From contig CM022667.1 in the NCBI GenBank assembly GCA_012295275.1, positions 20,832,001 to 20,896,000 on the forward strand: 64,000 nt of DNA. Reading direction: 5' to 3'. Source of the DNA: Chrysomallon squamiferum (Eukaryota; Animalia; Mollusca). The notes under the pieces are model-generated. The model was not told where the DNA came from, ran no database searches, and saw nothing but the letters and a program-made list of their open reading frames with translations. Shown here in pieces: positions 1 to 13,498 of the stretch (position 1 is the first letter of the stretch; each line of letters begins with the position of its first letter). A program made the translations under genes and the position numbers.

Positions 1-1829
1 GTAAGAATGTCCTTACCTTCCAACTGAGAGTGTTGAGGTGTGTGGTGATATCCATAAGAAAAGCCAGGAAGGGCAATCCATTTTGAGTCTGTAAAATTAT
101 CAGCATAAGGGAGGTTCTTCTCATGAAGAAAGTTGAAAATTTCTTGTTGCAGGTCCCATACACGACTCAGCCAGCGCATTTCAGAAAAGTAGAGCAGGTC
201 AGCAGGGTGTGCACTGACTTCATCCATCAGTACCTGGAATTGGCAATGTTTCAGACTGTGAGAAAGTATGGAATTGACAACATTCACTACAACTGACATG
301 ACATCAAGGAGATTTGCAGACTTGGCACATAATTACTCTTGATGGATGTTGCAGTTTATGGATGGTCTGATTGTGTCCAAGAGCCTCACAATGGCAAACG
401 AGCATAGAAGCTGCACCTTTATTCTCTCCAGTGATTGCCGGTGCACCATCAGCTGTTACACTTACAAGATGGGAGAGATCAAGGGAGTGGTGCTCCATCC
501 ACTGAAGTAAGGCACTGAATATGTCTTTTCCACTGGTGGTGCCATGTAGTCAAATAATCTCCAAGAACTCTTCATGCACCTTGAGGGCAGAAGTTACACC
601 AAGTATGAAAACAGTCCAGTTGGGCTGTGACTTTCATATCACTGCTCTCAATAAGAGCAAAAAGAAGGCGACAAAGGTTGAGTATTTACTCTTTAATGAG
701 TCTTGCACTCTATCTGACATCTCAGCACAATGGCGAATAGTACGAGACAACAGACTCATATTATCTATGACTGAACATTGTTCTGGGCAGACAGAATTCA
801 CCACAGTTGTGAGACATTCCTTGACAGTGTCCATTTGTTGAGCAAAAGTAGTGAAACTTTGTAACTTGCAAGTGTCACTTTTTCATGCTGAGATATCTGT
901 TTACAAAACATCAAAATGCCTTTTTCAAGATTGCCTGACAGTTTTGCGATGGCATTCTTTTTCTCAGCAGCAGACATTGAAGTAAATTTTAAAGATCAAT
1001 GTGCTGTTTCCCCATGGTGGTGCTCATTAAATTCTTTGAAGACAGCAACAGATCAGGCACTGAGCTTGTCCAAACTGATCAATGAAAAAGGACTTCTCCG
1101 TCCACTCAGAGTTAAATGTCTGAATTTCCATATCCACTTTTCTCTGTTTTCAGTGCGAGGTTGCAGACATGATTGACTAGGGAAAAATGATAGATAGTAA
1201 AAAGAATGCAAAAACCAGTTCTGTTCATGACAGCAAGAAGTTAGCTTGGTTCAATTTGCCTGCGTGTCAGGATTGAATAAACGATTGATATAGTTAGCAT
1301 ATTTTGAATTGAGTGAAGCAAGCAGGCATCCAAAATTCGGAAGTGGGCACTATTGATTCGACAAATGCCTTCAAGACACCTTAAATTTTAAACTTCAGTG
1401 TGACTTGAATCAAAAAAAATAACTGTGTCAGCTGACTTTATTTCAGTGATTTTTATTTTGCTGTCTCACGAGCCAAATGGCAATGTTAATTATGAATAGT
1501 TTGGCAGGCCAGAAGTAAACCTTCACCAGCTGGATCTGGCCTGATTGCAGAGCGGGCGGCTAAAGTGTCGGAGGCCCCAGGCATCCAAATGGGGGGGGCA
1601 TCCAATCAGAAAAATAACTTTATAAAAATGATTGATTTATATTTAAATTAAATAAAGTGTTTATTTTATATTTCATCTGTGTTCACATATTCAAAATATC
1701 TTCCTTTCTCATAATATTTCTCAGTGCTAGGCCATATACTTGAGTCTTTGGGGCATACAATCAAGGAGTTGACCCCAGGGGTCATCACAGGACCTCAGCA
1801 CGCCACTGGCCGGAGTTTGCTTGCCTCTG
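1..1829 (-). mobile_element. Decayed hAT DNA transposon (GTF2IRD2/SPIN/Buster-like transposase), truncated by the window start
   Basis: Minus-strand fragments read VSVTADGAPAITG (TTDGAPAM motif), C-x-IHQE and LLYFSEMRWLSR (hAT RW motif), with stops and frameshifts. A hAT-type terminus CAGAGGCAAGCAAACTCCGGC...GGCCAGATCC starts at 1829 on the minus strand. Confidence 0.8.
1546..1808. mobile_element. Short MITE-like insertion nested in the hAT terminus
   Basis: It interrupts the hAT terminal motif (ggatctggcc...gccggagtttgc). GC-rich ends flank an AT-rich core, and the right end reads CAGTGGCGTGCTGAGG on the minus strand. The left TIR is poorly matched. Confidence 0.45.
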
Positions 1830-4800
1830 ATACAATGTATGTGAAGTGTACGCATGTACTTATGCAACTGGTAATCGAACGCGTCCTAGAAATTAGCCAG
1901 CCGAACAAAACCGAATCGAGCCGAATGATGAAAACAAAATGGCGGCCGAGAATATTCGGAAACGTTTCTTATTTCTTTTTTATATAGTTTGTCGTAGAGC
2001 AACATTGTTTACAAGAGTTAATAGTTTTAAAAATTTCCGGAATAAAACCTAGTCACTTATTACAAATATTTTTTCATTTCTTCGCTTTTGAATTTTTCCT
2101 TTATTTATTTATTTATTTATTGTCCTTGTTGCTGTAGAAATATTTTTAATTTTCCGACGAAATAGCACAAACGAAGAAAAAATAAAATAAAACTTAGAGG
2201 AAGAAAAAAAAAATCTTCCCGGAACAAAACAAAAAATAAAATAAAATAAATAAATAAATAAATAAATAATGATAATAATAATAATTTTTAAAAATATGAA
2301 TATTTGTCTCTTCCAAACCAAACCTGAAAAGTAGATCAGATATTTAACTTTCTTTGTGCACTGTATTATCGTGAAGCATCAGCTAGTCTGGCAGTAGCCA
2401 AAATCATCTGATTAACGCCTGTTATTCAAGTTAAGCAGATAAAATGTTTATATCTATTCATAATTACCATAACTTCAGTTAAGGTAGATTTTTACTTTTA
2501 TGCAATTAATGTTTAATTATCTAATCCGATATGCATGCGCATCGCTGGTTCTCGGGTTAATGATTCGTTTTATTTTTTAACTCATTACATAATAATTTTG
2601 GTTTTATATTTCTTTAGATCTGTCATTTTCCAAAACATTAAAAAATATATGTACATGTATATATATTTACAAGAAGAAACCAGATGATTTTAAATCGCCG
2701 ACTCATATCTTCGTTCAATCAACGTGAATCGTGACATTAACATGTGACGCAGAGCACGCAAAAAGTTTGTCTCAATAGTTAAGATGCCGGATATGATTTG
2801 CAACAATTTTTTTTTTTTTTTTAAATCCCAGACATTAATCTGTCTCTGGCGGACAACCAGCGATAGCCAAACAAATATCCGTCTGAAATGTTCTCCGCCA
2901 GTGGATACTCGGTCTAATAGTTATCTTGCTTTTTAAAGAGATACGAGAATGTAATGGTCACAGTATGTTTCTTTCAATTTTTGAAAGATAAAACTGGCAT
3001 TATTTTATCAAATTATCACCATAAATAAGATTACTTTATTGCTTTTTTCAGTACCCTTTCCAGTGATGCAGCACAAATTTTAATATGGGGATTTTTCTTT
3101 AATATTTTCTTTAATTTTTTATTTTTTATTTTTTATTTTTTGATTTAATATAATTTATGTATTTATTTATATTTTTATTTTTTTTTTTATTTATTATTAT
3201 TATTATTTATATATTTATTTATTTATGTTTGTTGTAATATATATATATATAAAATGATACTACAAAATAATTTTACTAAAATCGTGACGAAAACATCTGG
3301 AACTGAAAGAACTAGTTGCCTTATCAGTCTCTCCTCTGTGAAAAGAAGGGCAATTTTCACAGAAATAATTAAAGCACTAAGTGACCGATCTGTGATAACT
3401 GATGGCTGGCAGTTGTCCAGACTTACTTCTTACGATATTTTTAAATGTGCCTGTCTCTGTACGATTTAAAAATAAAAATATAAATATTATAACATTTATT
3501 ACAAAGCTGTTAATATTTCCTATTGAGTAATAAATATTAAAGGATATGTACCTACCCACTTCGTAAGCACAGGCACCCATACATCCAGAAAATTTAGCTC
3601 CCATGACCAAGGTGGTTTAATTACGTCATAATCACGTGATCTTCATCGGTGTCCGATTGATAAATGCTTAATTGATTTTAAATAAGATACTGGTTTGTTA
3701 ATTCTTTTAAATTACTTGTTACTATTTTCCTGTAATACATATTATTAATTTTACAATGTAACGAAATTCTGAACCATATAATTTTGTTATACTGTTGTTC
3801 TTTTTTAGTGCAGAAAAAAAATGATGATGATGTTGATGATAAATAAATAAACATATTTTTTCAAGCGACTTTCCTTACTTTATTTTATTTTTTATTTTTA
3901 TTTTATTTTATTTATTTATTTATTAATTATTATTATTATTTTATGCATTGTCACCTAATACAAAAAAATTCACTATAAATAGCCACTCATAAGCGCCTGC
4001 ATTTTTAGTCCGCCATACATAGCTTTTGAACGTTTGATTTATTCTGTCTAAACTGAATAAAAACTGCATGAATGGAAAAATTGGAGGTCTTATCTTTGTG
4101 TTTACTGCACGAATGTTACAATGTATTTGGAAGGAAAAATTACATTTAATTTCAGTCAGAAATGCCTGGGTTAGCCGCCACCTCGTTTTTTCTACAAACA
4201 TGTTTCGCGACCATCGTTTATACATCACTTTTTACGCTCACATGATTAACTCTGTAAGCTTTCTACCTGCAAACAGACTGAAGTTTCATACCTTAACTTA
4301 ATTACTGTATCCAATATAAAAGGATTTGCCACCCGAAAATGATAGAAAACCTTAATAAAAAAAAAAAATTACGTAAAGTCTTTTGACTATTTTCAAGCAA
4401 CAGATATAGTAATATTTTATCTTTTAAAAAAATGTGTGGAACTGAAGCAATTATACGACCAACCTAAAAGGGATATCACTAGAGTATTCTTTTTGCCGAA
4501 AACCACGAGTTATGTTATGGTAATAAAGCCGGTTCTCCGCAACAAAAACATCCTACATTCTGTTTGAAGGTTGTTGTTTAACAACAAAATAAGATTTAAC
4601 CTTACTAAATCTGGATAGAAATGACATCAACATCGGCAAAAAGTCTGTGTTTTGGATTGGTGCATAAAATTGGTGAAGGTTTTGAGCAGTTTATTTATTT
4701 CTGATGCCAGAAAAAGCGAAAAATGTACGGTCACATGACTTCAGTTTATCGACTGTTGTTATGATCTAAAAATCTCATTGCTTACTCTATAGTAATTACC

Positions 4801-5421
4801 TTTTTATTTGATTTTTCTGTGGTTGTAACAATGCCTTGGAAATAATATTGGAACTGATGATGGAATATGTGTATTTAATTAGAGTCAGTTGTAAGAACAA
4901 TGATTCAACACAAACTACAGACATAATAAATAGTAACATTGTAAATCCCTCAGTACAAATTTCCTTATTCAGTCTCCTTTTTGGTTTGATATTTGCTTCA
5001 TAAAATCCACTCCCACATTCAAACATATGCTCAGAAAAAATGTATTCAAAAGTCACTTCTTTAATCTTATTAACGTGAAACTTTTACTAATACATTGTAA
5101 TTCATTATCCATCGAATTTGTGTCCATGTGTTCTTAATATACTCATTGTAAATTTCTGAGAAGAAACGGGCACTCAACAAGTCATCTTTATCAATATATA
5201 ATCTTTAATAGCATTTAAACTGTACATCGATGCTGAAGACAACTGTCAGGCCGAGCTCGCTGGTCTGGAACCTGAACTATTGTATTTAAATCGACGTATA
5301 TTCTGAATAAGATGTAATAAAGGATAATCTTTAGTTGATATATTTACTAATGTCTAGATGAATAACACTTTCTTTAAGACTCTGTGAAAATTATTTCAAG
5401 AATAGCTTTCAATTCATTTCC

Positions 5422-6180
5422 GTGTTTGTTCCAAATAAAGAATATATTCGTCATACTTTACTTCCCGAATTTTACAGAGGGAAAAGTACAAATGGAGCAA
5501 CAAATTCTGTCAGAAGCAGAAGATATGGCGATGGTGTAGTGTATAAAAGAACTTTAGAAGAAGTTTTCCCGTTTCAGAAAGCAGGACTTCAGTCTAAAGG
5601 TCGTAAAAGAGGACTCGATTCCGTCCATGCTGGAAGCACCTGTTGTTGCTCATCAAACCAGTACAGTTACTGAACTGTCCATCACAAAATAAAAAGTTTG
5701 GGAAAGTGTCAAAGGTTGGAAAATGGATTCCACATGACATGTCAGCAAAAAATGGCGGAGGTGTCGATTGTACATTGCTGCATTCCAATCAGATTCAAGT
5801 CCCATTTTTAATACCGAATAATGGATGAGAAATGGATTCTTTCCTGAAGCGGGGGAGTAAGTGGCTTGGTCGTGGTGGAAGGCCTGCTCAGCAACCAAGA
5901 ACAGAGCTAATCCAAAGAAGATTCTTCTGAACATTATGGTGGGATGTAAAGGAAATAAATAATTAGTAAACAATCACAGACGAAGTTTACTGCCAAAACT
6001 TAAGGCATTCAAAAGCAGCTTTGGACAAAGAACGTCTATCTTTAGCAAACTCAAAAAAAACAAAAAACACAAAAATGAAAGAAAAGGACCATCCTTCACC
6101 ATGATAACGCAGAACCGATAATCTATAGACCTCTTGGAAGAATTCATCTGGGAATTAATATTTCATTCTCCATATGAGTT
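5422..6180 (+). mobile_element. Decayed mariner (Tc1/mariner) transposase relic
   Basis: Frameshifted fragments read KEYIRHTLLPEFYRG (mariner N-terminus), GKWIPHDMS (WVPHEL motif), LHHDNAEP (HDNARPH) and WELIFHSPY (WEVLPHPPY). Confidence 0.8.
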
Positions 6181-6740
6181 ACATGCTTTTGTTTAAACAA
6201 CACAAAACCGACAGACCCGATTCTAGTTTTCGATAAAACAAAGACTCGAAAATCAGATTTCCAACCTTAGTAGATTAGGCGCCTTTTTTTTTATTTTCAT
6301 TAATCCAAATCCATTAACCAACAAACAAAAACTGTTTGAAATAATAGATATAATAACAAAATACAAGAAAAGAGATGTTTTACAATTCTGAATGAAGTCA
6401 AATTCATTATACTTAAAGAAGCATAGCTAGAAAACAACGTGCAAAAATAATGTGAAAATGTTATACAAAAAGTAATACACATCTAGTTAAAACCAATGCA
6501 ATAATTACAGTTCCAGCTTCACTTGAACAAACCTTGAACATTTATTTTGTATTGCATATATTATTTTGACTCAATCTCTGATTTTTGTGAACGAAGAATT
6601 TTTTAAATATGAATGACTCATGTAAAAGGAAACAAGACAGATGTTTTTAGAATCAACCTTACAAATAAGTGGCATATTTTCTTTTTCTTTCTTTCTATAA
6701 GCGTAGAAATAAATCTAATTTAGATATTTACTTTTAGTGT

Positions 6741-6809
<69 letters not shown>

Positions 6810-7004
6810 GAGATATATACAGATATTAATGTTTTGTTGTCTTTTGTTTTTTTAAGAAATAAATCTGATAAAAAATTTGTTTTAAAAAATATACAAAATG
6901 ATCTGTCAAAATTTAATGTTTGAAATTAAATCACATTTCTGCATATACAACTGTTAAATTTACTCTAAGTGTAAGGATCTGTTCAAGGGTAACATTCCAG
7001 TTTG

Positions 7005-10000
7005 TTACCAGGTAGAATTTAATATAATAATAATAATAAAACTAATTAAATAAAAAGATGGACTGGTTGTTATACATGCATTTTTACAGTCACTCCATGG
7101 TTTCTCTGACCAGTCTGGTATCTCGACTCTTTTACCGAACACTGGGTCGGTGTGTTTATCAAAATGTGGAATAACGACAGTTTCCACAACATCACTGTCC
7201 GTCGCGGAAACGTTGAACCGCGCTGTAAATCTACCCTTTTCTCTGTACATATCAACGTGAGTGCTGTACCACAGAGGACCGGGCAAAGACTCCATAATGA
7301 ACACATCGAGAATGTCTGTCGGATGTAAAATGTATTCGCCATATTTTCCGTAACTTAGATAAAGAAGTCCCGACTCATTTACCGTTACTCGGATATCGCC
7401 AAAAGCCAGATTACGATACACACCTCGATATGCCTCAAGAGGGCGCTGGCTTTCGGCTGCTTGTTTCACATTCAGTGCAGCGTCACTTTCTCTGTACTTG
7501 TTTACTTCTTCTTCCATGTCATCTAGGACTTCGCAGACGTTGACGATGTTCAGTCCGGGCTGACCGTGAAGAAGTGTATCCAGTGCGTAACTGTTTACTA
7601 GTGTTTTGATGGCGAATAGTCTGGCGTTGTTATCTCCGGTAAAGCTGGCGAACACACCCACTTTACGTTCCGGAATAAAACTCATCAGACTCTCATACCC
7701 CGGTAGTGAGCCACTCTTGGATAACATGATATAATCTGCAATACAGTAAAATTAACTGTTATTTTTCTTTTATTTAACCATGAAAGAAAGTTAGTAGCAC
7801 TCAGTTTTATTGATACTTTGCTTGATTTATTGATATGGTTGGAATGTTTTCGTGTCATAGAACAATGGAAATAAAACATCACTTAGTGCTGTATTGTGTC
7901 AGCGGGTTTCCTCTCTCGTTACCTTACCCATATATATATAAACAATAATAGATTATTATTATATGCATAAATTAATTCGTACCTCTAAAATAACCACGAA
8001 CGAAACCTATCGTGTTGGCATTTAACGTGTACGGTATCTGTGACTTCTGCTGCGTATATCCCTCCAGCTTTGGATCACCGTCACCATTTCTGACCGTCTG
8101 CGGTTGATAAAGTTCTGCCAAAAGATGGCTAGGCACGACCTCTTTTCCTTGAGAGTTATGTCCTTCTTCCAAGTTGAACAGTAACCATGAAGACATGTCG
8201 AGCGCAGAGGAGCACATTCCACTACCACCTGCAATTAGCTTTTGCCCTCTGCAAACAAATATTATTTCTATTAATTCCAAATCATTTGACATAACTGAGC
8301 TGATGTTTGTTGTAACACTCCGCAGTCTTTCCTCCAAATATGTACTTAGTATGTGTATTTATTTATCCTGTCGAATGCAGCTCTGTTACAGCCTCGCTGA
8401 AGTTCGAAAGTTCTAACATCGAAAGATAAAATATATTTCTTAGGACAGTAACCAGTTATTCCGCGTGTGTGTCTGTGTATTTACATATATATATGTATTA
8501 ATTTACACATATACACACACACAGAGTCGTCAACTTTCAACCAATTCCGGTTCTGACGAATTGATCGTAAGTTGTTGTAAACGTAAGTGGGACATCCTTA
8601 TTTACAGCACACTTATTATTGTATGAACAGCACTGTACGTAATTACCTTATCTCAAAACTATATCCTTCAAATGTATATTACTTTTTATTTTTTTATTTT
8701 TTTAGTAAACTCTTTAATTGGTTTAAATCAAATAACTCTACAATGTGTTTAATACTTGCTAAAAAAAAAATAAAAAAAATAAAAAAATGTTATTCATCAC
8801 AAATATTTGGAAATGGATTAAAGATGTCGTATCAGGGAAGTTTTAACTTAACTCAGACGCGGTACCATTGTCAGAAATGCGATTGTAAAGTCGAACATTC
8901 TTAAGTCGACGACTGACTTTATATACAGGGAATAATTCAGGCATGGGTAACCTTTATAGAGAATCGGGTCACCATTATATATAAATAATACCAGGACGCA
9001 TCTTTTGATGAGTTCTAGAGTTATAAAACATTTATAAACATGTTGCTGACCATCGTGCTTTTTTATTAATTATTTTGAATAAGATTAATAAGATGATTCT
9101 GAATCTGTATATCACATCATGATTGTTGTTGTAGAAAATATTTTAAAAAATGACGAAACAGAAGCTCGAACAAGAGAATCCCCTTTTAAAGGAAAGCGAT
9201 TCCACATAACAAAGACCGTGCGACCTTTAACTAAAGCTTTTATCATTATACAAGATAATAACCAGTTATTTATGATCATTTTGGTAGTTCTTTACTTATT
9301 TATTTATTTATTTATGGTTCTTTTATTATTCCTAATTCTAAATAATACAAAACCTAAATGTAATATATTCACGAGATTTCGTTGTCGCCTACAAAGACTT
9401 TACATTAAAACAAAATACAGTGGTACCTTGACTTACAAGTTTAATTCGTTACGTGACCGAGCTCGTATCTCAAATTGCTCGTATATCAAATCATTTTTCC
9501 CAACTGAAATTAAATGAAATGTCATTAATCCGTTCCAGCCGCCTAAAAAACACTTTTTTTTTTTTTTTTTGGTAACGTGTATTTAAATAAGAAAAATATA
9601 TTTATAAATGACAAATATTGTGGCTGGAGTTTATAGCCTTTATCGACTCCTTTAGCTTCAGTATGGTAAATATCGTACTGCCTAGCCAAGTCGACGTCAG
9701 GCACACCTCGCTTATGTTTTACTATGAATTCATGCTTTAATTCAATGGGCATCATCCGCTTCTTCTTCTCACTTTGTGCTCACTTCCTTAGGATCCATGG
9801 CCAGAAAAAAAAACATTTGGCAAAATACTGCACAAAACGCGAGCACAACACAACAGAGATGCTTCCGCGGCGAGGTAACCAGGTGAGACGCGGGATGCTG
9901 GCCGGATCTTATGGTGTTCGTTGCGACAACTAGTGGCGGCGTATCTGAAACTCGCTCGTAACTCGGATTTTGACTCGCAACTCAAGGCAAAACCTACCCG

Positions 10001-10777
10001 TGCGACTTCTCGTAACTCGAAAAACTCGTAGTTCATGGTACCACTTTAGTTCTTAAATAATTACAATTAATGTATTTTTTTAAAAATTAAAACCGCTTTG
10101 AAAATAGTATTTTAAGATCTAAATCAGCAATTAAACACCAAAGAAGTAACTTTGAATAATGTATATAACATGTAAATAACGTGTAATTTATGGAAGTAAA
10201 TATGGTCATATCCCCAAAAGCTATATTTTTGGTCAGTTCAGAAATGTATCTGTTCATCCTATCTTGCCAATAGTACAGTTATTGCAGGATATATATAAAG
10301 TTGTGCGAGATACCTGAGAGCATCCATTGGGATAACGGTTGGTGAACCCTGGTAGCTAAGGACAGGCTGTGCTAAACTAGACTGGTGCTCGGCGTCAGAA
10401 TTCAGAAAGTAAGTTTTCGTCATACTCAGAGGTTCCAGAAGGTGTTGTTTTATCAGTTTGTCCATCGAATCCCCACCCAGCCGTAACAGAACTTCTTCTG
10501 CCAGAACGAACAGTATATCGTTGTGTACGAATCTGTCTCTGAAAGGAGCTACTTCTGGAACGAATCTCAGATTTCTAAACGAAAGAAATTAATGAATTAA
10601 TTACTTGGCAAAACAAAACACTGATTAGTTGGTCGAGCAAAAATAAGCACCTGATGAATGTGTTAATATAATATTATCAAGAAAAAGAAAGGACAGCATA
10701 ACGACTGCTTGTCTAATCAACATGATAGATTCATTTACTAGTTGAAACTAACATCAGAAGTGGTTTTATACGGAAAT

Positions 10778-10831
<54 letters not shown>

Positions 10832-11217
10832 TGTGTGTGTGTTCTTTTTTGTTTGTTTTGAATATGCTAACATTTACATGTTGAACCAATGTTCAGTTTC
10901 AAAATTGAAAATAAGATGTTAAACAAAGCCAGCACATTAGCTCTGTACTCTGAAATGAACTTACCCTATAAGACGGTAATGTTGCAGAGAGTCTGCTAGA
11001 GGTACTATGTCCATGTTAGCGAGACCAGTCCTCATTGCAAATACGTCCTTCAGATTCAGGTACTCGGAGCGGTGTCGATCACCGAACTGTACATAAGCGC
11101 CTAACATTTCAGAAAGTGGTGTATCCCAAGTATAGCTGTGAGATGACAAAATAAAATTAAAATAAAATTAAAATATTAATAAATAAATAAATAAATATTA
11201 ATACAATCGTTTAAGCA

Positions 11218-11280
<63 letters not shown>

Positions 11281-11828
11281 TTATTTATTTATAAACTAAT
11301 CCTGGACGAGTGTGTTGTCATTATCTGTTGTTGTGAACAAAAATGTCTTCTGCTTACAGCGAACTGGTGTGTATTTTATATTCTGTGTGTGTTGTCACGT
11401 TACACTTCTGACTTATACTGTATGTTTATTACTATTTTGCAAAATACCGCTTCATGGCTGTTTATTACATTTCATCGGTAAGTAAATCAAGAATGACAAA
11501 CAGTATTTGGCACATTTTCAACAACATGCCTGTAACAATAAAATACACCAAGAAAGAAAGCCAACAACATAATTATATGAATAAAAAAAACAACTAAGAG
11601 GTATGTTCCGGTAGATTTGTGTAACGATATGTAGCTGTTTTTTCGCACTAGTTGTAGAATGGAGAGAGTCGGTATGAGTACTATTTATTTATGTGGTATT
11701 ACTGCACCATGGAAACAAGTGCTATGATTATCTATATATAGTTTTTAATTTTTAATTAATTTTTGTTTTGTTCTTTGTACCAATTGTTACTGCCAATACT
11801 AACAACAGCGACACTGAACATAAACCTT

Positions 11829-11882
<54 letters not shown>

Positions 11883-13412
11883 TAAACAATGAAAAAAATT
11901 AGTAGAAACTTGAAAATGATAATGTTAGCACAAAATGCAAACTGAAGTTTGTATCACTGTATGTATATGCATATACATTATAAAAGAATTAACTGCGGTT
12001 GCGGACTTTGTGCTCGTTGAAAATACAGATTTTTCAAGATCGTAGATCCAGAGAACAATACTGGACTTTATTAAAACCAATCATCTCAATTGTTTCTTTT
12101 TATTTTATTTTATTTTTTTTTAAACAGTATTTTACGAAGTAAAAGAAATAAAGAATACAATATTGAAAAATTAATACTATTATAATTATAATTTTTTTAT
12201 GTATATTATCCGTTGTTTTGTTTTGTTGTTGTTTTTCTTGTAGTTGTCAGCTGTTGCTTTTCTTTTGTTTAAGTTGTTTGGTGTTTTGGGGGATTTTTTC
12301 CCTCTGTTTTATTGTTGTTAACTGAAGGTTTCTTTCTGGACTATTGTTTTATAATTCATTGTTTATAACAAACACATTCAAAGAGCTTCAGATAAATTGC
12401 CAGTATGAATGAGTTTATCAGCATAAATTTAGTAATGTCCACACAGTCTGGATGACAGTACTTAGTTTTCATCTGGCTTAGTTATTACTGTAAGATATTT
12501 GTCAATAAAACTGTTTTACAGTAATATACTTTGCTAGTAAAGTAACACTGTTTAGAATGACGCGTATTTGGGCTTACAATAAAATCGTGACCATTTTGAT
12601 GTAAATATCACGATTCTACCTTTTCATTACATTAGCTGTTAGCTTACAGATGCTGAACAGATTGGCGTATTTTCTTCAATTGTTTCCATGCCAAGATTAT
12701 TGATGGGGTCTTATTATTTCAAAAACGAATACAGATTAGATGGTAAAAATCGCTGGTAAAAGATACCTTTTTAAATGTTGTCCATTTGTTTTGCTTACCC
12801 ATATGCAAATGAATAGAATTATTAACTTCTTATTGCTGGTTTTATTCTCTACGAAAACTTTATTATTTCGTACAGTTTGTCCCCAAATTAACGGGGTTTT
12901 ATAAAATATACGGACAGTATATAGTAAACATAAGTCAATAAACAAAAGAAGAAACAAAAATCTGTGCATAAATCTGCATCGTAATCTGATAGAGGATTGT
13001 TCAAACCGATACATGCCCTTCCAGATATTACTTCAAATTAATATTAATTCCAAATATTAATTCCAGCAAACGCAGTACTTTTGAAAAACTGACATACTTA
13101 CTTGTGATTTTCATTGAGGATTTTTGCGATCAAAGTTGCGGTAAACGTCTGGGTAATGCCTCCAAGACAAAATACAGTGTCCCTGTTAGTGGCTGATCGG
13201 GTTGCTGGATTAGCAGTACCGTAACCATGCACGAAGACGACTTCACCATCACGAACAAGCGACAGCGCTAATGCAGGGATACGACCACAACGCTTAACTT
13301 CGTGCATAAAACGGTCCAGTTTGCTTGTTTCAGAAGTGCTTAATGGTCGGGCATCTGCACTGATCATCAGGCAATATCCAATAACAATAACTACGAAGTG
13401 AAAACTTCCCAT
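7005..13412 (-). CDS. Secreted/probably GPI-anchored beta-lactamase-related (class C/AmpC, PBP-fold) protein, ~579 aa, predicted pseudoenzyme. Exons 13412-13102, 11135-10965, 10574-10314, 8248-7983, 7735-7005
   Basis: All four introns are GT-AG with consistent phases, giving a 1740-nt open CDS. Signal peptide MGSFHFVVIVIGYCLMISADA. Family motifs IPALALSLVRDGEVVFVHGYG, DTVFCLG, LKDVFAMRTGL, PFRDRF, AGGSGMCSSALDMSSWL, KSGSLPGY, and C-terminal domain PLEAYRGVYRNLAFGDIRV. Hydrophobic tail FYLISFIIIIILNSTW. Confidence 0.88.
8521..8917. mobile_element. Possible pogo/Tigger-like MITE in intron 3 of the beta-lactamase-like gene
   Basis: Imperfect inverted ends agtcgtcaactt (8525) and aagtcgacgact (8903) around an AT-rich core. 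Confidence 0.35.
9418..10046 (-). mobile_element. Internally deleted Tigger/pogo element
   Basis: TA-flanked TIRs CAGTGGTACC...GGTACCACT(T). Minus ORF MMPIELKHEFIVKHKRGVPDVDLARQY resembles the CENP-B/psq HTH N-terminus of Tigger transposases. Confidence 0.75.
10779..10841. repeat. (GT)n microsatellite
   Basis: Direct reading. Similar tracts occur at 11220-11278, 14245-14283 and 14666-14724. Confidence 0.95.
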
Positions 13413-13480
13413 GTCGTTTACCTACTAATGCCGTATAATACTTTGTGGTTGGAAAGAAACCTGTTCATGGCTCTTATTCA

Positions 13481-13498
13481 GGCGGGGCATCACGTGAT
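13481..13498 (-). promoter_or_regulatory. GC box (GGCGGGG) and palindromic E-box ATCACGTGAT ~70-85 bp upstream of the beta-lactamase-like ATG
   Basis: Motifs seen directly in an AT-rich context; function inferred. Confidence 0.4.

Noticed and set aside
11221-11481. ORFs with CVCVCV, THTHTH, poly-L or YTYT runs (also 14536-14784, 15357-15674, 51378-51821)
   Set aside because: These are translations of microsatellites.
7005-13412. Bacterial contamination or a recent HGT of an antibiotic-resistance beta-lactamase
   Set aside because: The gene has four canonical spliceosomal introns containing animal transposons, a eukaryotic GPI-like tail and no catalytic Ser. Related proteins are known in invertebrates.
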